NCBI GenBank assembly: GCA_963840785.1
Contig: CAWJAF010000003.1
Location: forward strand, 23,682-87,681
Direction: 5' to 3'
DNA: 64,000 nt
Origin: an uncultured Pseudomonadota bacterium
GTDB lineage: Bacteria; Pseudomonadota; Gammaproteobacteria; Burkholderiales; JALYOK01
Shown here: positions 26,914 through 34,716 of the stretch, in pieces
Numbering within the stretch: position 1 is the stretch's first letter
How the letters are laid out: the number at the start of each line of letters is the position of its first letter
The notes under the pieces: generated by a model
Told to the model about the DNA's origin: nothing
Database searches by the model: none
What the model saw: only the letters and a program-made list of their open reading frames with translations
Translations under genes and position numbers: made by a program

Positions 26914-28590
26914 CTAGCGCCAACCACGTTCACGCCAAAATGTGACCACCGTTTCGCCCCACGTATCGTCGCGCTGAATGGTCGCCGTTTGTGTTGGATG
27001 ACCGTCGGCCGCCTTGACAAGTATGATCGCCGTGGAATTTTTTGTTGGATTGAGAGCGCGTGGGTCAATTGCCGTAAATTGCGTTTGTATCTCCGTCATT
27101 TTGGCGATCAATTCGTTGAGTTTTTTCGAATCGCCGGCCGCAGCAGCAGCCATCAATTCTTGTTGCATCGCTTGCATCTTCGGCATCTGTGTTTTCATAT
27201 TTTTTTCGATCGCGTCGGCACTTTTCATCACTTCGCGGCCTTCCGACATTTTCTTGATAACGATTTCAGCCGACTCTTTGCTGGTAAACACGGCGCGTTC
27301 CCGCGTGCTGGCAAAATAGCGGAACCGTAAACTGTCAGAAGACTTAATTTCAAATTGTCCGGGTTGCGGCGAAAGCTCAGGAACCAACCCCGAGGTGAAA
27401 TCATCCGCGAATCCAGTACGATCACGCGGCCGCCATTTTTGCATGGCCGTCCAGCGAGAGCTATCGACACCTTGCAACAAACGTTCAGCCGAATCCCTGA
27501 CTGCCGGCGACGGATCGTCGACCATTTCCATCGCGAATTCAATTTCATCCGGGGATTCAGCGTAACCTAACATCAGCAGCGCCTGGCGTTTCAGCATGGG
27601 TAAATCAGCGTGGGCAAGCTCGAGTAACGATTCGCGTTCGATTTGCTCACCACTGCGATGCATCATGCGAATTAGATCGTACAAACCGACTTCGATGTTG
27701 CTTGCCAATCTATTGCACTGCTCGCCAGCCGTGCTTTCGCATGTTTGTTCCCATTGTGCAATTAAGTCTTCCAACGGCTCGTCAGAAATTGCAGCGCCGG
27801 TGATAATCGCAATCGAGCCGGGGCTCGTCACAAAGCCGGTTTTGCGTGCGCCGCCGCGGTTTTTGACAATCTTGCCGCCCTTCTTCGCCAACTTCTTTGC
27901 ATCCTTTGGCGTCGGTACGGCATTGGGGCCCGTTGAACCCTGCCAGCCGCAACTTAATGCGAGGTCCTTAGTTTGTTGCCGCAAATAATCGATACCGGCT
28001 TTATATGCTTCGGAATCGTTTCGTGCGAAAAACTCCAAGCTATCCCATTTGCTTTGCTTACCGGCAGCATTTAATTCCTTGCAGGTTTTTTCGTGATATT
28101 GCTCGTGGATGTAGGGATACCGCGCCAGGGCCTCGCAGGTTTTCTTTTGCGACTTCATATATTCCTCCTCTGTTTGAGGAGCCACAACTGGATCGCCATT
28201 GCTGTCCTTTACCGGATTGCCTTTCGCATCGTATTGAAACGCTCCGATGGTACATCCCGGGCTGCGAAAGTCTGTGCCCAATTCCGCATGGGCGCCATTG
28301 GCGGTACCGGCATTATTCTTAGGTGCTTTCGGATTGAATTGCTGCTGCATCAATTCGGCAGCGCGACTCTGCATCGTTTCGATATCGTTGATATTCGACG
28401 GCATGTAGTCGTTCCAACTAAAAAACAGTTTCTGCAGAAACTCTTGCTCGATGATTTCTTTCACCATCGCCGGAAGATTTTTGCAGGCACAACTTGGTGG
28501 CATGCCGTCTTTGGTTTTATCCGCAGCAGATGTCAACGTCGTGAAAGTTAGCAACGTCAGCACAACAATAGCGATCCCAATCCGCTTCAT
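26914..28590 (-). CDS. Secreted Cys-rich protein of unknown function with HEAT-like repeats
   Basis: 558 aa. Signal peptide ends TSA/ADK. 10 Cys in the first ~300 aa of the mature protein. DDPSPAVRDSAERLL is HEAT-like. ATG overlaps the upstream stop (ATGA). Confidence 0.6.
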   Translation of the reverse strand: MKRIGIAIVVLTLLTFTTLTSAADKTKDGMPPSCACKNLPAMVKEIIEQEFLQKLFFSWNDYMPSNINDIETMQSRAAELMQQQFNPKAPKNNAGTANGAHAELGTDFRSPGCTIGAFQYDAKGNPVKDSNGDPVVAPQTEEEYMKSQKKTCEALARYPYIHEQYHEKTCKELNAAGKQSKWDSLEFFARNDSEAYKAGIDYLRQQTKDLALSCGWQGSTGPNAVPTPKDAKKLAKKGGKIVKNRGGARKTGFVTSPGSIAIITGAAISDEPLEDLIAQWEQTCESTAGEQCNRLASNIEVGLYDLIRMMHRSGEQIERESLLELAHADLPMLKRQALLMLGYAESPDEIEFAMEMVDDPSPAVRDSAERLLQGVDSSRWTAMQKWRPRDRTGFADDFTSGLVPELSPQPGQFEIKSSDSLRFRYFASTRERAVFTSKESAEIVIKKMSEGREVMKSADAIEKNMKTQMPKMQAMQQELMAAAAAGDSKKLNELIAKMTEIQTQFTAIDPRALNPTKNSTAIILVKAADGHPTQTATIQRDDTWGETVVTFWRERGWR

Positions 28591-29969
28591 TTTTTATCCT
28601 CCAAATTTCTTGCTGGGTTAAACAGGCCCGTCAACTCTAAATTGAATTGGCTCTGCGCATTAGTCGGCTCAAGCCGCAGTGCTTCTCGAAAAGACGCGCG
28701 CGCGAATTCAACATTGTCATCCGCCAGATGGGCCATCCCTAAATTATTCCATGCGCGGCTTGAATGCGGCACATTGCGTAGCGCCTCCTGCCAAAGACGA
28801 ACCGGATTGCTCCAAACCGCAGCGCGCCATGCGCATAAAGCACTTAACGCAATCACCCCGAATAAAATGCAATAGTAACGCATACGCAGGCCATTGAAAG
28901 TCGCGAACCAACGACCCGCGCCAGCTCCCAACGCGATCGCCGGGCCTACCCAGGCGAGACAAAGCGGCGATTCGCTGATTGAATCCAATTTTGCGATAAA
29001 CGAGTGAGTGGGAAGCAACGCAATCAATGGCCACAGTAATCCTATCGTTAGCATCGGTCGCGTGTGACGCATCGCGACGGCAATCGTCGTCCAAGCAAAG
29101 ATCGCTGCCGCGCCAAGAACGGCAGCGACATAACTCGTCGACGGCAGCGCATGCTCGATCGAGAGCGCCCAGGGCCGCAGCAGCAATGACGCAGTCAAGG
29201 GCAACGCGGTGAGATTCCGGTACAACGATTCTAACGGTGAGCGCAGATCAAGTGAGTAGGCCAGCAATTCGCGGTAGCGTGAAAGGGCCAGCGCATACAC
29301 GGCCAGCGCGAACGTCGCAACGATGTATGGCAATGTCCGCCGCAATGCCGCGCCAATCTGATGAGAACTATTCGGCTTGGCCCATTCCCATAACAACAGA
29401 AGCAATGGAAAAATTAATGCGACCTCTTTCGCGGCGCAAGCGGCAAAATAAAGCACGATGGAAATGCCAATCATGACCTTGCGGTATGCGGGATTGCGCG
29501 CAGCACATTCGTAAAAAACTAGCGCCCACACCAAACACGCCGTCATAAGCGCCGAAGATCGACCACTGACATAAGCAACCACCGCGCCATGCGCAGGTTG
29601 CAAGGCGAAAATCAGCGCGGCCAGCATCGCACCGATCTGGTTGGACACAACGGATCTTGCGAGTCGCCACACGCCAATCGTTGAAATTACGTGAATTAGG
29701 AGATTGCTGCCAAACCAACCCGATGTCGATTTACCCCATAGGGCAAAGTCAATCGCGTAGGTCAGTCGTGTTAGCGGCCGGATGCCATGGGCGAGCCGTT
29801 CCCAGAGCAGCGGACCCATGGCCGTCGCGGGATCATTCAAAATATTGGGATAGTCGTCGTACTGAAAACGGCCGAATAAAATTCCGCCCCAACCGATAGC
29901 GATGGAAACGAATAGCAACCAAGCAAATGGATGGTCGATTTTCCTGATCAGTTGCACAGCACGTTTCAT
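28587..29969 (-). CDS. GT-C-fold membrane glycosyltransferase-like protein (PMT/TMTC-like) with C-terminal TPR
   Basis: About 10 TM segments. First-loop motif GRFQYDDYPNILNDP (the DD motif of PMT/TMTC-type enzymes). C-terminal TPR: AWNNLGMAHLADDNVEFARASFREALRLEP. Confidence 0.6.
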   Translation of the reverse strand: MKRAVQLIRKIDHPFAWLLFVSIAIGWGGILFGRFQYDDYPNILNDPATAMGPLLWERLAHGIRPLTRLTYAIDFALWGKSTSGWFGSNLLIHVISTIGVWRLARSVVSNQIGAMLAALIFALQPAHGAVVAYVSGRSSALMTACLVWALVFYECAARNPAYRKVMIGISIVLYFAACAAKEVALIFPLLLLLWEWAKPNSSHQIGAALRRTLPYIVATFALAVYALALSRYRELLAYSLDLRSPLESLYRNLTALPLTASLLLRPWALSIEHALPSTSYVAAVLGAAAIFAWTTIAVAMRHTRPMLTIGLLWPLIALLPTHSFIAKLDSISESPLCLAWVGPAIALGAGAGRWFATFNGLRMRYYCILFGVIALSALCAWRAAVWSNPVRLWQEALRNVPHSSRAWNNLGMAHLADDNVEFARASFREALRLEPTNAQSQFNLELTGLFNPARNLEDKK

Positions 29970-30048
29970 CGATTCAATGGTTAATGCCCGAAGATGCTCA
30001 TGAATACTGCCTCACCGACCTGCCTTGCTTGAAAGCAAGTATCCATGC

Positions 30049-30077
30049 GCGTTCCCCGCACACGCGGGGATGAACCG
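30049..30077 (+). CRISPR. Solitary type I-E-like CRISPR repeat (no array)
   Basis: GCGTTCCCCGCACACGCGGGGATGAACCG, 29 nt. It matches the I-E consensus shape GTTCCCCGC-N4-GCGGGGAT-AACCG. I found no second copy at spacer distance on either side. Confidence 0.45.
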
Positions 30078-30153
30078 GTCGGTACGAAGTCGCGGTAAAT
30101 GAAGCGGACATACCTGCCGGTGTAACCCTTACGCGGATGTGCTGACAATTGTC

Positions 30154-30450
30154 CTACTTCCGGCCTATCCAATACCCCGGCCGGCGACTATGATTAGCAA
30201 TCGCGATGACGCGAATCTCGTCGCCTTGAATATGGTAGATCAGCGAGTAGGGGAAACTGTGAAGCGCCCGTATTCGTGTGTTGTGAACGGCTTGCTCACC
30301 CATAAAGGGGAATTCGCATAACAAACGATACGCCTGATCAAGTGTGTTGGCGAAATCTTCTGCAGCAACAAATCCACCATCGCTAAAATACCAATCGGTA
30401 ACAGCGTTGGCGTCGGTTTGCGCTTCGTCGCTAAGACTGACTTACATCAC
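30154..30450 (-). pseudogene. ParE/RelE-family toxin lacking a usable start (GTG-ATG-TAA immediately upstream in frame)
   Basis: My reverse translation reads VSLSDEAQTDANAVTDWYFSDGGFVAAEDFANTLDQAYRLLCEFPFMGEQAVHNTRIRALHSFPYSLIYHIQGDEIRVIAIANHSRRPGYW, stopping at 30156-30154. In the same frame just upstream is GTG ATG TAA (30450-30442). Not in the ORF track. Confidence 0.6.
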
Positions 30451-30661
30451 CTTTGGCGGCGGCTATTTTTGCGTGGAGCTTATCCGTGACTTCGTCGGCA
30501 GGAATCCATTTTGTCCGCCCTGCATCCATATCCGCCACCCGACGCTCGATTTCTTCGTCCCATGCTTTTGCAATGGTCTCCGGCGAATCTTCCGGTTCGC
30601 CATCAAGGCTGACAAGCAGACGATGGGCCAGCTCGCCACGCTCCTTCAGTGGCAATCGCAA
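30431..30661 (-). CDS. Antitoxin, 'addiction module component' family
   Basis: LPLKERGELAHRLLVSLDGEPEDS...WDEEIERRVADMDAGRTKWIPADEV is typical of this antitoxin family. TTG 30661 lies 9 nt after GGAGA. The rest of ORF 30431..30847 is probably not translated. Confidence 0.6.
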   Translation of the reverse strand: MRLPLKERGELAHRLLVSLDGEPEDSPETIAKAWDEEIERRVADMDAGRTKWIPADEVTDKLHAKIAAAKGDVSQS

Positions 30662-30715
30662 TGCTTGAATTCTCCGCGATGAAATGTGCCGAAAGGTTAT
30701 GGTAGCACCGCCCGC

Positions 30716-31108
30716 ATGAACGACGCTAATCCCATCGCGATTTCTGCGCTTCAGCATTACGCCTACTGTCCGCGTCAATGCGCGCTGATTCACGTGGAGC
30801 AAGTATTTGACGACAATATTTACACGGCGCGTGGCCAGGCTGTGCATCGGCTTGTCGATACGCCGGGGTACGAAATCAAGGATGGGGTCAAGGTGGAGCG
30901 CGCACTGCCCCCTTGGTCAGATCGGCTTGAGCTGATTGGCAAGACCGATGCCGTGGAATTTCATCCCGATGGCGCGGTGTTTCCAGTCGAGTTCAAACAC
31001 GGTCGCAAGCGTGAAAAAATTCACGACGATGAACAACCCCGCAGCAAGCTGCGGGGTATCAATCCGCAAACCGCATTTGTTTTCGTGGCGAGCCACGGGC
31101 GAATCTAA
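30716..31108 (+). pseudogene. cas4: Cas4/RecB-like PD-(D/E)XK nuclease, truncated after ~107 codons
   Basis: MNDANPIAISALQHYAYCPRQCALIHVEQVFDDNIYTARGQAVH...DAVEFHPDGAVFPVEFKHGRKREKIHDDEQ is Cas4-like. Similarity stops at 31036. The remainder of the ORF is unrelated and ends at 31108. The C-terminal Cys cluster is missing. Confidence 0.6.
31037..31056. repeat. GC-rich inverted repeat at the Cas4 truncation point
   Basis: CCCCGCAGC-AA-GCTGCGGGG begins at the first base after Cas4-like similarity ends. Confidence 0.5.
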
Positions 31109-31203
31109 CTCGACGAGATTGATTATCGCCTTTGGTGGATCGAACAAAACATCGTACGGCCGCCAAGATCAAAATCGCGGAATTTTCGCTGAAGCAAGGT
31201 GTT
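31095..31203 (+). pseudogene. Relic 3' end of a paralogue of the barrel gene 25312..26691
   Basis: Reads STRLIIAFGGSNKTSYGRQDQNRGIFAEARCFF-Y, versus the C-terminus of 25312..26691, SIKLIGGFEYFGGSEKTSYGSQNKNRGVFAEMRYFF-stop. Codon-by-codon DNA alignment shows mostly third-position changes. The stop TAG has become TAC. Confidence 0.7.
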
Positions 31204-31458
31204 TCTTTTACGCAAAGGTTTCACCGGAGGATGCCCAAGAGCCGCACCCAGCGCGCCGCTTCGAGCATATGCTGCCACGAACCAATATCCATGAGGCTTC
31301 TGGATCATACCCACAAAATATTTCAATTTCCCATAGCGAAAGCACGGCCATTTAACTTGCTTTTGCACCCCTCGCCGTGTACGCTTGCGGCGAGATTCGA
31401 ATTTCGAGAATCGCGGCTCAAGTCGGCCGATTTCACCCAATATAAACGAGGAGTTTCC

Positions 31459-32619
31459 ATGAAGAAGACTCGCGCTGACATTAGCGCTCCTGAAACCGTC
31501 ACGGCAGAAGCCAAGTCTACGCGCCGTAGATTTTTGTCGGCGGCGACGGCGGGTGTGGCGGGCGCCGCCACCCTCGGTTTCCCGATGATTAGCAAAGCGC
31601 AAGCGCCGATCAAATTGCGTTGCCAAGCAGGCTGGCCGACCAAAGACGCGTTTTACGAATTTTCGCAAATCTTCGTGAAGAAAATTTCCGACATGACCGC
31701 CGGCAAATTGGTGTTCGAATTGCTGCCGGCTGGTTCCGTCGTTAAACCATTCGATATGTTAGACGCCGTGCATTCCGGCACGCTAGATTCCGCCCACGGC
31801 GCGTGCGGATATTGGTATGGTAAGAACACGGCATATTCGCTATTCGGCACCGGCCCCGCGATCGGCATGGACGCGCAGATGCTGCTTGGCTGGGTTGAGC
31901 AAGGTGGCGGTCAAGCGCTGTACGATGAGTTGGTCGGCAAAATTCTGAAATACAACGTCAAGGGTTTCCTGAACGTACCGATGTGGAATCAACCGCTCGG
32001 TTGGTTCAAGAAGGAAGTGAAAACGGCGGCGGATTTTAAAGGTTTGAAATACCGCACCATCGGTCTTGCGGTGGATCTCTATAAGGAAATGGGTGCATCG
32101 GTCGTCATGTTGCCGTCTGCCGAAATCGTTCCAGCGCTCGAGCGCGGCCTGATCGACGCGGCGGAATTTAATAACCCAACATCGGATCGCACCCTCGGCT
32201 TCGACGATGTGTCGAAAGTCTGCATGGTGCAAAGCTTTCATCAGCCGATGGAGTGCCAAGAAATCATTATCAACAAGAAAAAATACGATGCGCTGCCGAA
32301 AGAGTTTCAGGCGATTATCGCCAACGCTGCCGGCGCGATGTCGTCGGAAATGAGCTACAAAGCCATGAACAACAATTCACGCGACATGGCGGAACTCAAA
32401 GCGAAGGGGGTTAATTTCATCCGTACGCCGACCGAAATTCTCCAGGCGCAATTGAAAGCATGGGATGCGGTTATTGCAAAGCGCTCGGCAGAAAATCCCT
32501 TTTTCGTGAAAGTATTGGAATCCCAAAAGAAATGGATTCAACGCGTCGGCCCGTGGCGCTACGCCATCGAGCCGAGCCAGGAAATGGCGTACAACCATTT
32601 CTTCGGCAAGAAGGGCTAG
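31459..32619 (+). CDS. dctP: TRAP transporter substrate-binding protein (DctP family) with a twin-arginine signal
   Basis: ATG 31459 after GAGGAG. STRRRFLSAATAGVAGAATLGFPMISKAQA is a Tat signal. DctP-like body. The upstream part of ORF 31132..32619 is non-coding. Confidence 0.85.
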   Translation: MKKTRADISAPETVTAEAKSTRRRFLSAATAGVAGAATLGFPMISKAQAPIKLRCQAGWPTKDAFYEFSQIFVKKISDMTAGKLVFELLPAGSVVKPFDMLDAVHSGTLDSAHGACGYWYGKNTAYSLFGTGPAIGMDAQMLLGWVEQGGGQALYDELVGKILKYNVKGFLNVPMWNQPLGWFKKEVKTAADFKGLKYRTIGLAVDLYKEMGASVVMLPSAEIVPALERGLIDAAEFNNPTSDRTLGFDDVSKVCMVQSFHQPMECQEIIINKKKYDALPKEFQAIIANAAGAMSSEMSYKAMNNNSRDMAELKAKGVNFIRTPTEILQAQLKAWDAVIAKRSAENPFFVKVLESQKKWIQRVGPWRYAIEPSQEMAYNHFFGKKG

Positions 32620-32639
32620 TTAACGTTCGTTCAATCAAG

Positions 32640-32675
32640 CGCCCGGCATTATCACTTTGATGCCGGGCGTTTCGT
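32640..32675 (+). terminator. Intra-operon hairpin/attenuator after the TRAP binding-protein gene
   Basis: CGCCCGGCAT - 10-nt loop - ATGCCGGGCG, a perfect 10-bp stem, followed by TTTCGT. Confidence 0.6.
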
Positions 32676-32687
32676 ATCGGAAATTCC

Positions 32688-33278
32688 ATGCAGCGTTTTT
32701 TATTTTTTATTGATCGCATCAGCACTTGGGTCGGCAAATCCTTCGCGTGGTGCATCGTACTGCTTACCGCTGTCGTCGCCTACGACGTGGTCATGCGCAA
32801 ATTGGGCGACCCAACGGTTTGGGCATTCGACCTGTCGTGGATGCTTTACGGCGCGCTGTTTTTGATGGCAGGCGCGTACACGCTGTCGCGCAACGGTCAT
32901 GTGCGCGGCGATGTGCTGTACGGATACTTCCCGCCACGGATGCAGGCCGGTTTGGATTTAGTGTTGTATTTCGCTTTCTTCGTGCCGGGAATCTTGGCGC
33001 TTGCCTACGCCGGCATCGGTTATGCAGAAACTTCTTGGGTTCAAAAGGAAACCTCATACAACTCGGCCGACATCATTATTTACCCGGTGAAAGTATTGAT
33101 CCCCATCGCGGGCATGCTGGTATTTCTGCAGGGCATCGCGGAAATCATTCGCTGCGTGCAATGTCTGCGCACCGGTCAATGGCCTGGGCGCGCACACGAT
33201 GTTGAGGAAGTCGATGTCGAAGAACTGAAACAAATGATCGGCGTTAAAGATAGCGATATCGCTGGAGCCAAACCGTGA
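32688..33278 (+). CDS. dctQ: TRAP transporter small permease (DctQ family)
   Basis: 196 aa, 4 TM, positioned between the DctP and DctM genes. Confidence 0.85.
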   Translation: MQRFLFFIDRISTWVGKSFAWCIVLLTAVVAYDVVMRKLGDPTVWAFDLSWMLYGALFLMAGAYTLSRNGHVRGDVLYGYFPPRMQAGLDLVLYFAFFVPGILALAYAGIGYAETSWVQKETSYNSADIIIYPVKVLIPIAGMLVFLQGIAEIIRCVQCLRTGQWPGRAHDVEEVDVEELKQMIGVKDSDIAGAKP

Positions 33279-34708
33279 GTAAAGGCATTTGGATCGGCAT
33301 CGTTTCTTTAGCGGTCGTCGTCTTTGGCGTGTTCGCGGTATTTTTATCGGCGGATCAAATCACCAGCGGACATTACGGTTTGCTGATGCTCGCGCTGATT
33401 GTCGCCGCAATCATGTTGGGTTTTCCGACGGCGTTTACCTTGATGGGCCTGGGCATGATCTTCGGCTTCATCGCCTATCAAATTTCCAATCCCGGCGAAC
33501 CCTGGGCTAACAACCAAATCTTCCCGCTGATCGTGCAACGCACCTTCGGCGTGATGAACAACGACGTGCTGATTTCCGTACCGCTGTTCATCTTCATGGG
33601 GTACATCATCGAGCGCGCGAACTTGATCGACAAATTGTTCCGCAGCGTGCAGTTGGCGATGAAGAACACGCCCGGCGCGCTCGCCGTCGCAACCATCGTG
33701 ACCTGCGCGATCTTCGCCACAGCGACCGGGATCGTGGGCGCCACGGTCACGCTGATGGGCTTGCTCGCGTTGCCCGCGATGTTGCGTGCCGGCTACGATG
33801 TGAAGCTTTCGGCCGGGACGATCGCCGCGGGTGGCTGCCTCGGCATTCTCATTCCGCCATCAGTAATGTTGATTCTATACGGCGCGACGGCCGGCGTGTC
33901 CGTTCCGAAGCTTTACGCTGCCGCGTTTTTTCCGGGACTGATGTTGACGGCGCTTTACATCATTTATGTCATGGTGCGCGCTATCATCAATCCTAAGATC
34001 GCGCCAAAACTCAGCGCCGAAGACTTGAAAACGCCATGGCCGGAAATTCTCGTCAACCTGGCGAAATCGTTTTTGCCACTGGCGTTGTTAATCGGCTTCG
34101 TATTGGGCAGCATCATCGCCGCCTGGGCAACCGCCACGGAAGCAGCGGGCATCGGCGCGGCGGGTGGCATCGTTCTTGCGATGGCCTATCGCCAATTGAC
34201 TTGGGAACGCTTTAAGGAAGCCGTGTTCCTCACCGCGCGCGCATCGGCGATGGTGTGCTGGCTGCTAGTGGGATCGGGCGTTTTTTCGGCAGCATTCGCG
34301 TTGTTGGGCGGCCAAGGGCTGATCGAGGATTGGGTCAAGGCCATGGACCTGACACCGATGCAGTTCATGCTGCTATCCCAAGTGATTATCTTTCTACTTG
34401 GCTGGCCACTGGAATGGACCGAGATCATCGTCATTTTCATGCCGATTTTCTTGCCGCTGATTGCGCACTTTCAAATCGATCCGTTGTTCTTCGGCATTAT
34501 GGTTGCGCTGAATTTGCAGACAGCATTCCTGTCCCCGCCCGTGGCGATGGCGGCGTTTTATTTAAAGGGGGTTGCGCCACCGCATGTGACGCTGAATCAA
34601 ATTTTCGCGGGGATGATGCCCTTCATGGTCATCCAAGTGTTCGCCATGTTCCTGCTTTATATGTGGCCGGATATTGCGCTGTGGCTACCCGCTCAACAGT
34701 ACAAGTGA
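33275..34708 (+). CDS. dctM: TRAP transporter large permease (DctM family)
   Basis: 477 aa polytopic protein. Start overlaps the dctQ stop. Typical DctM length and composition. Confidence 0.85.
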   Translation: MSKGIWIGIVSLAVVVFGVFAVFLSADQITSGHYGLLMLALIVAAIMLGFPTAFTLMGLGMIFGFIAYQISNPGEPWANNQIFPLIVQRTFGVMNNDVLISVPLFIFMGYIIERANLIDKLFRSVQLAMKNTPGALAVATIVTCAIFATATGIVGATVTLMGLLALPAMLRAGYDVKLSAGTIAAGGCLGILIPPSVMLILYGATAGVSVPKLYAAAFFPGLMLTALYIIYVMVRAIINPKIAPKLSAEDLKTPWPEILVNLAKSFLPLALLIGFVLGSIIAAWATATEAAGIGAAGGIVLAMAYRQLTWERFKEAVFLTARASAMVCWLLVGSGVFSAAFALLGGQGLIEDWVKAMDLTPMQFMLLSQVIIFLLGWPLEWTEIIVIFMPIFLPLIAHFQIDPLFFGIMVALNLQTAFLSPPVAMAAFYLKGVAPPHVTLNQIFAGMMPFMVIQVFAMFLLYMWPDIALWLPAQQYK

Positions 34709-34716
34709 TCAGATCA

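Noticed and set aside
29981-30172. 63-aa minus-strand ORF
   Set aside because: It is just the translation of the CRISPR-like repeat and flanking non-coding DNA (the SSPRVRGTR type of artefact). No SD and no family resemblance.
29950-30200. A possible CRISPR array around the I-E-like repeat
   Set aside because: I aligned the 29-mers lying 32-33 nt upstream and downstream of the repeat. Only 6 of 29 positions match downstream and there is no visible similarity upstream, so there is a single repeat and no array.
30936-31355. 139-aa plus-strand ORF
   Set aside because: It is a chimera: out-of-frame with the Cas4 fragment at its start, then reading through the relic barrel-gene end and into intergenic DNA. 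Only 31095-31203 has protein-like similarity, and that stretch is a relic.
31123-31668. 181-aa minus-strand ORF, and the first 109 codons of ORF 31132..32619
   Set aside because: Arg-rich, low-complexity and overlapping the TRAP leader. The real dctP start is ATG 31459, with GAGGAG and a Tat signal.
34255-34716. Upstream part of ORF 34255..34851
   Set aside because: It is out-of-frame overlap with dctM. Only the last ~45 codons (from ATG 34717) belong to the dehydrogenase pseudogene.
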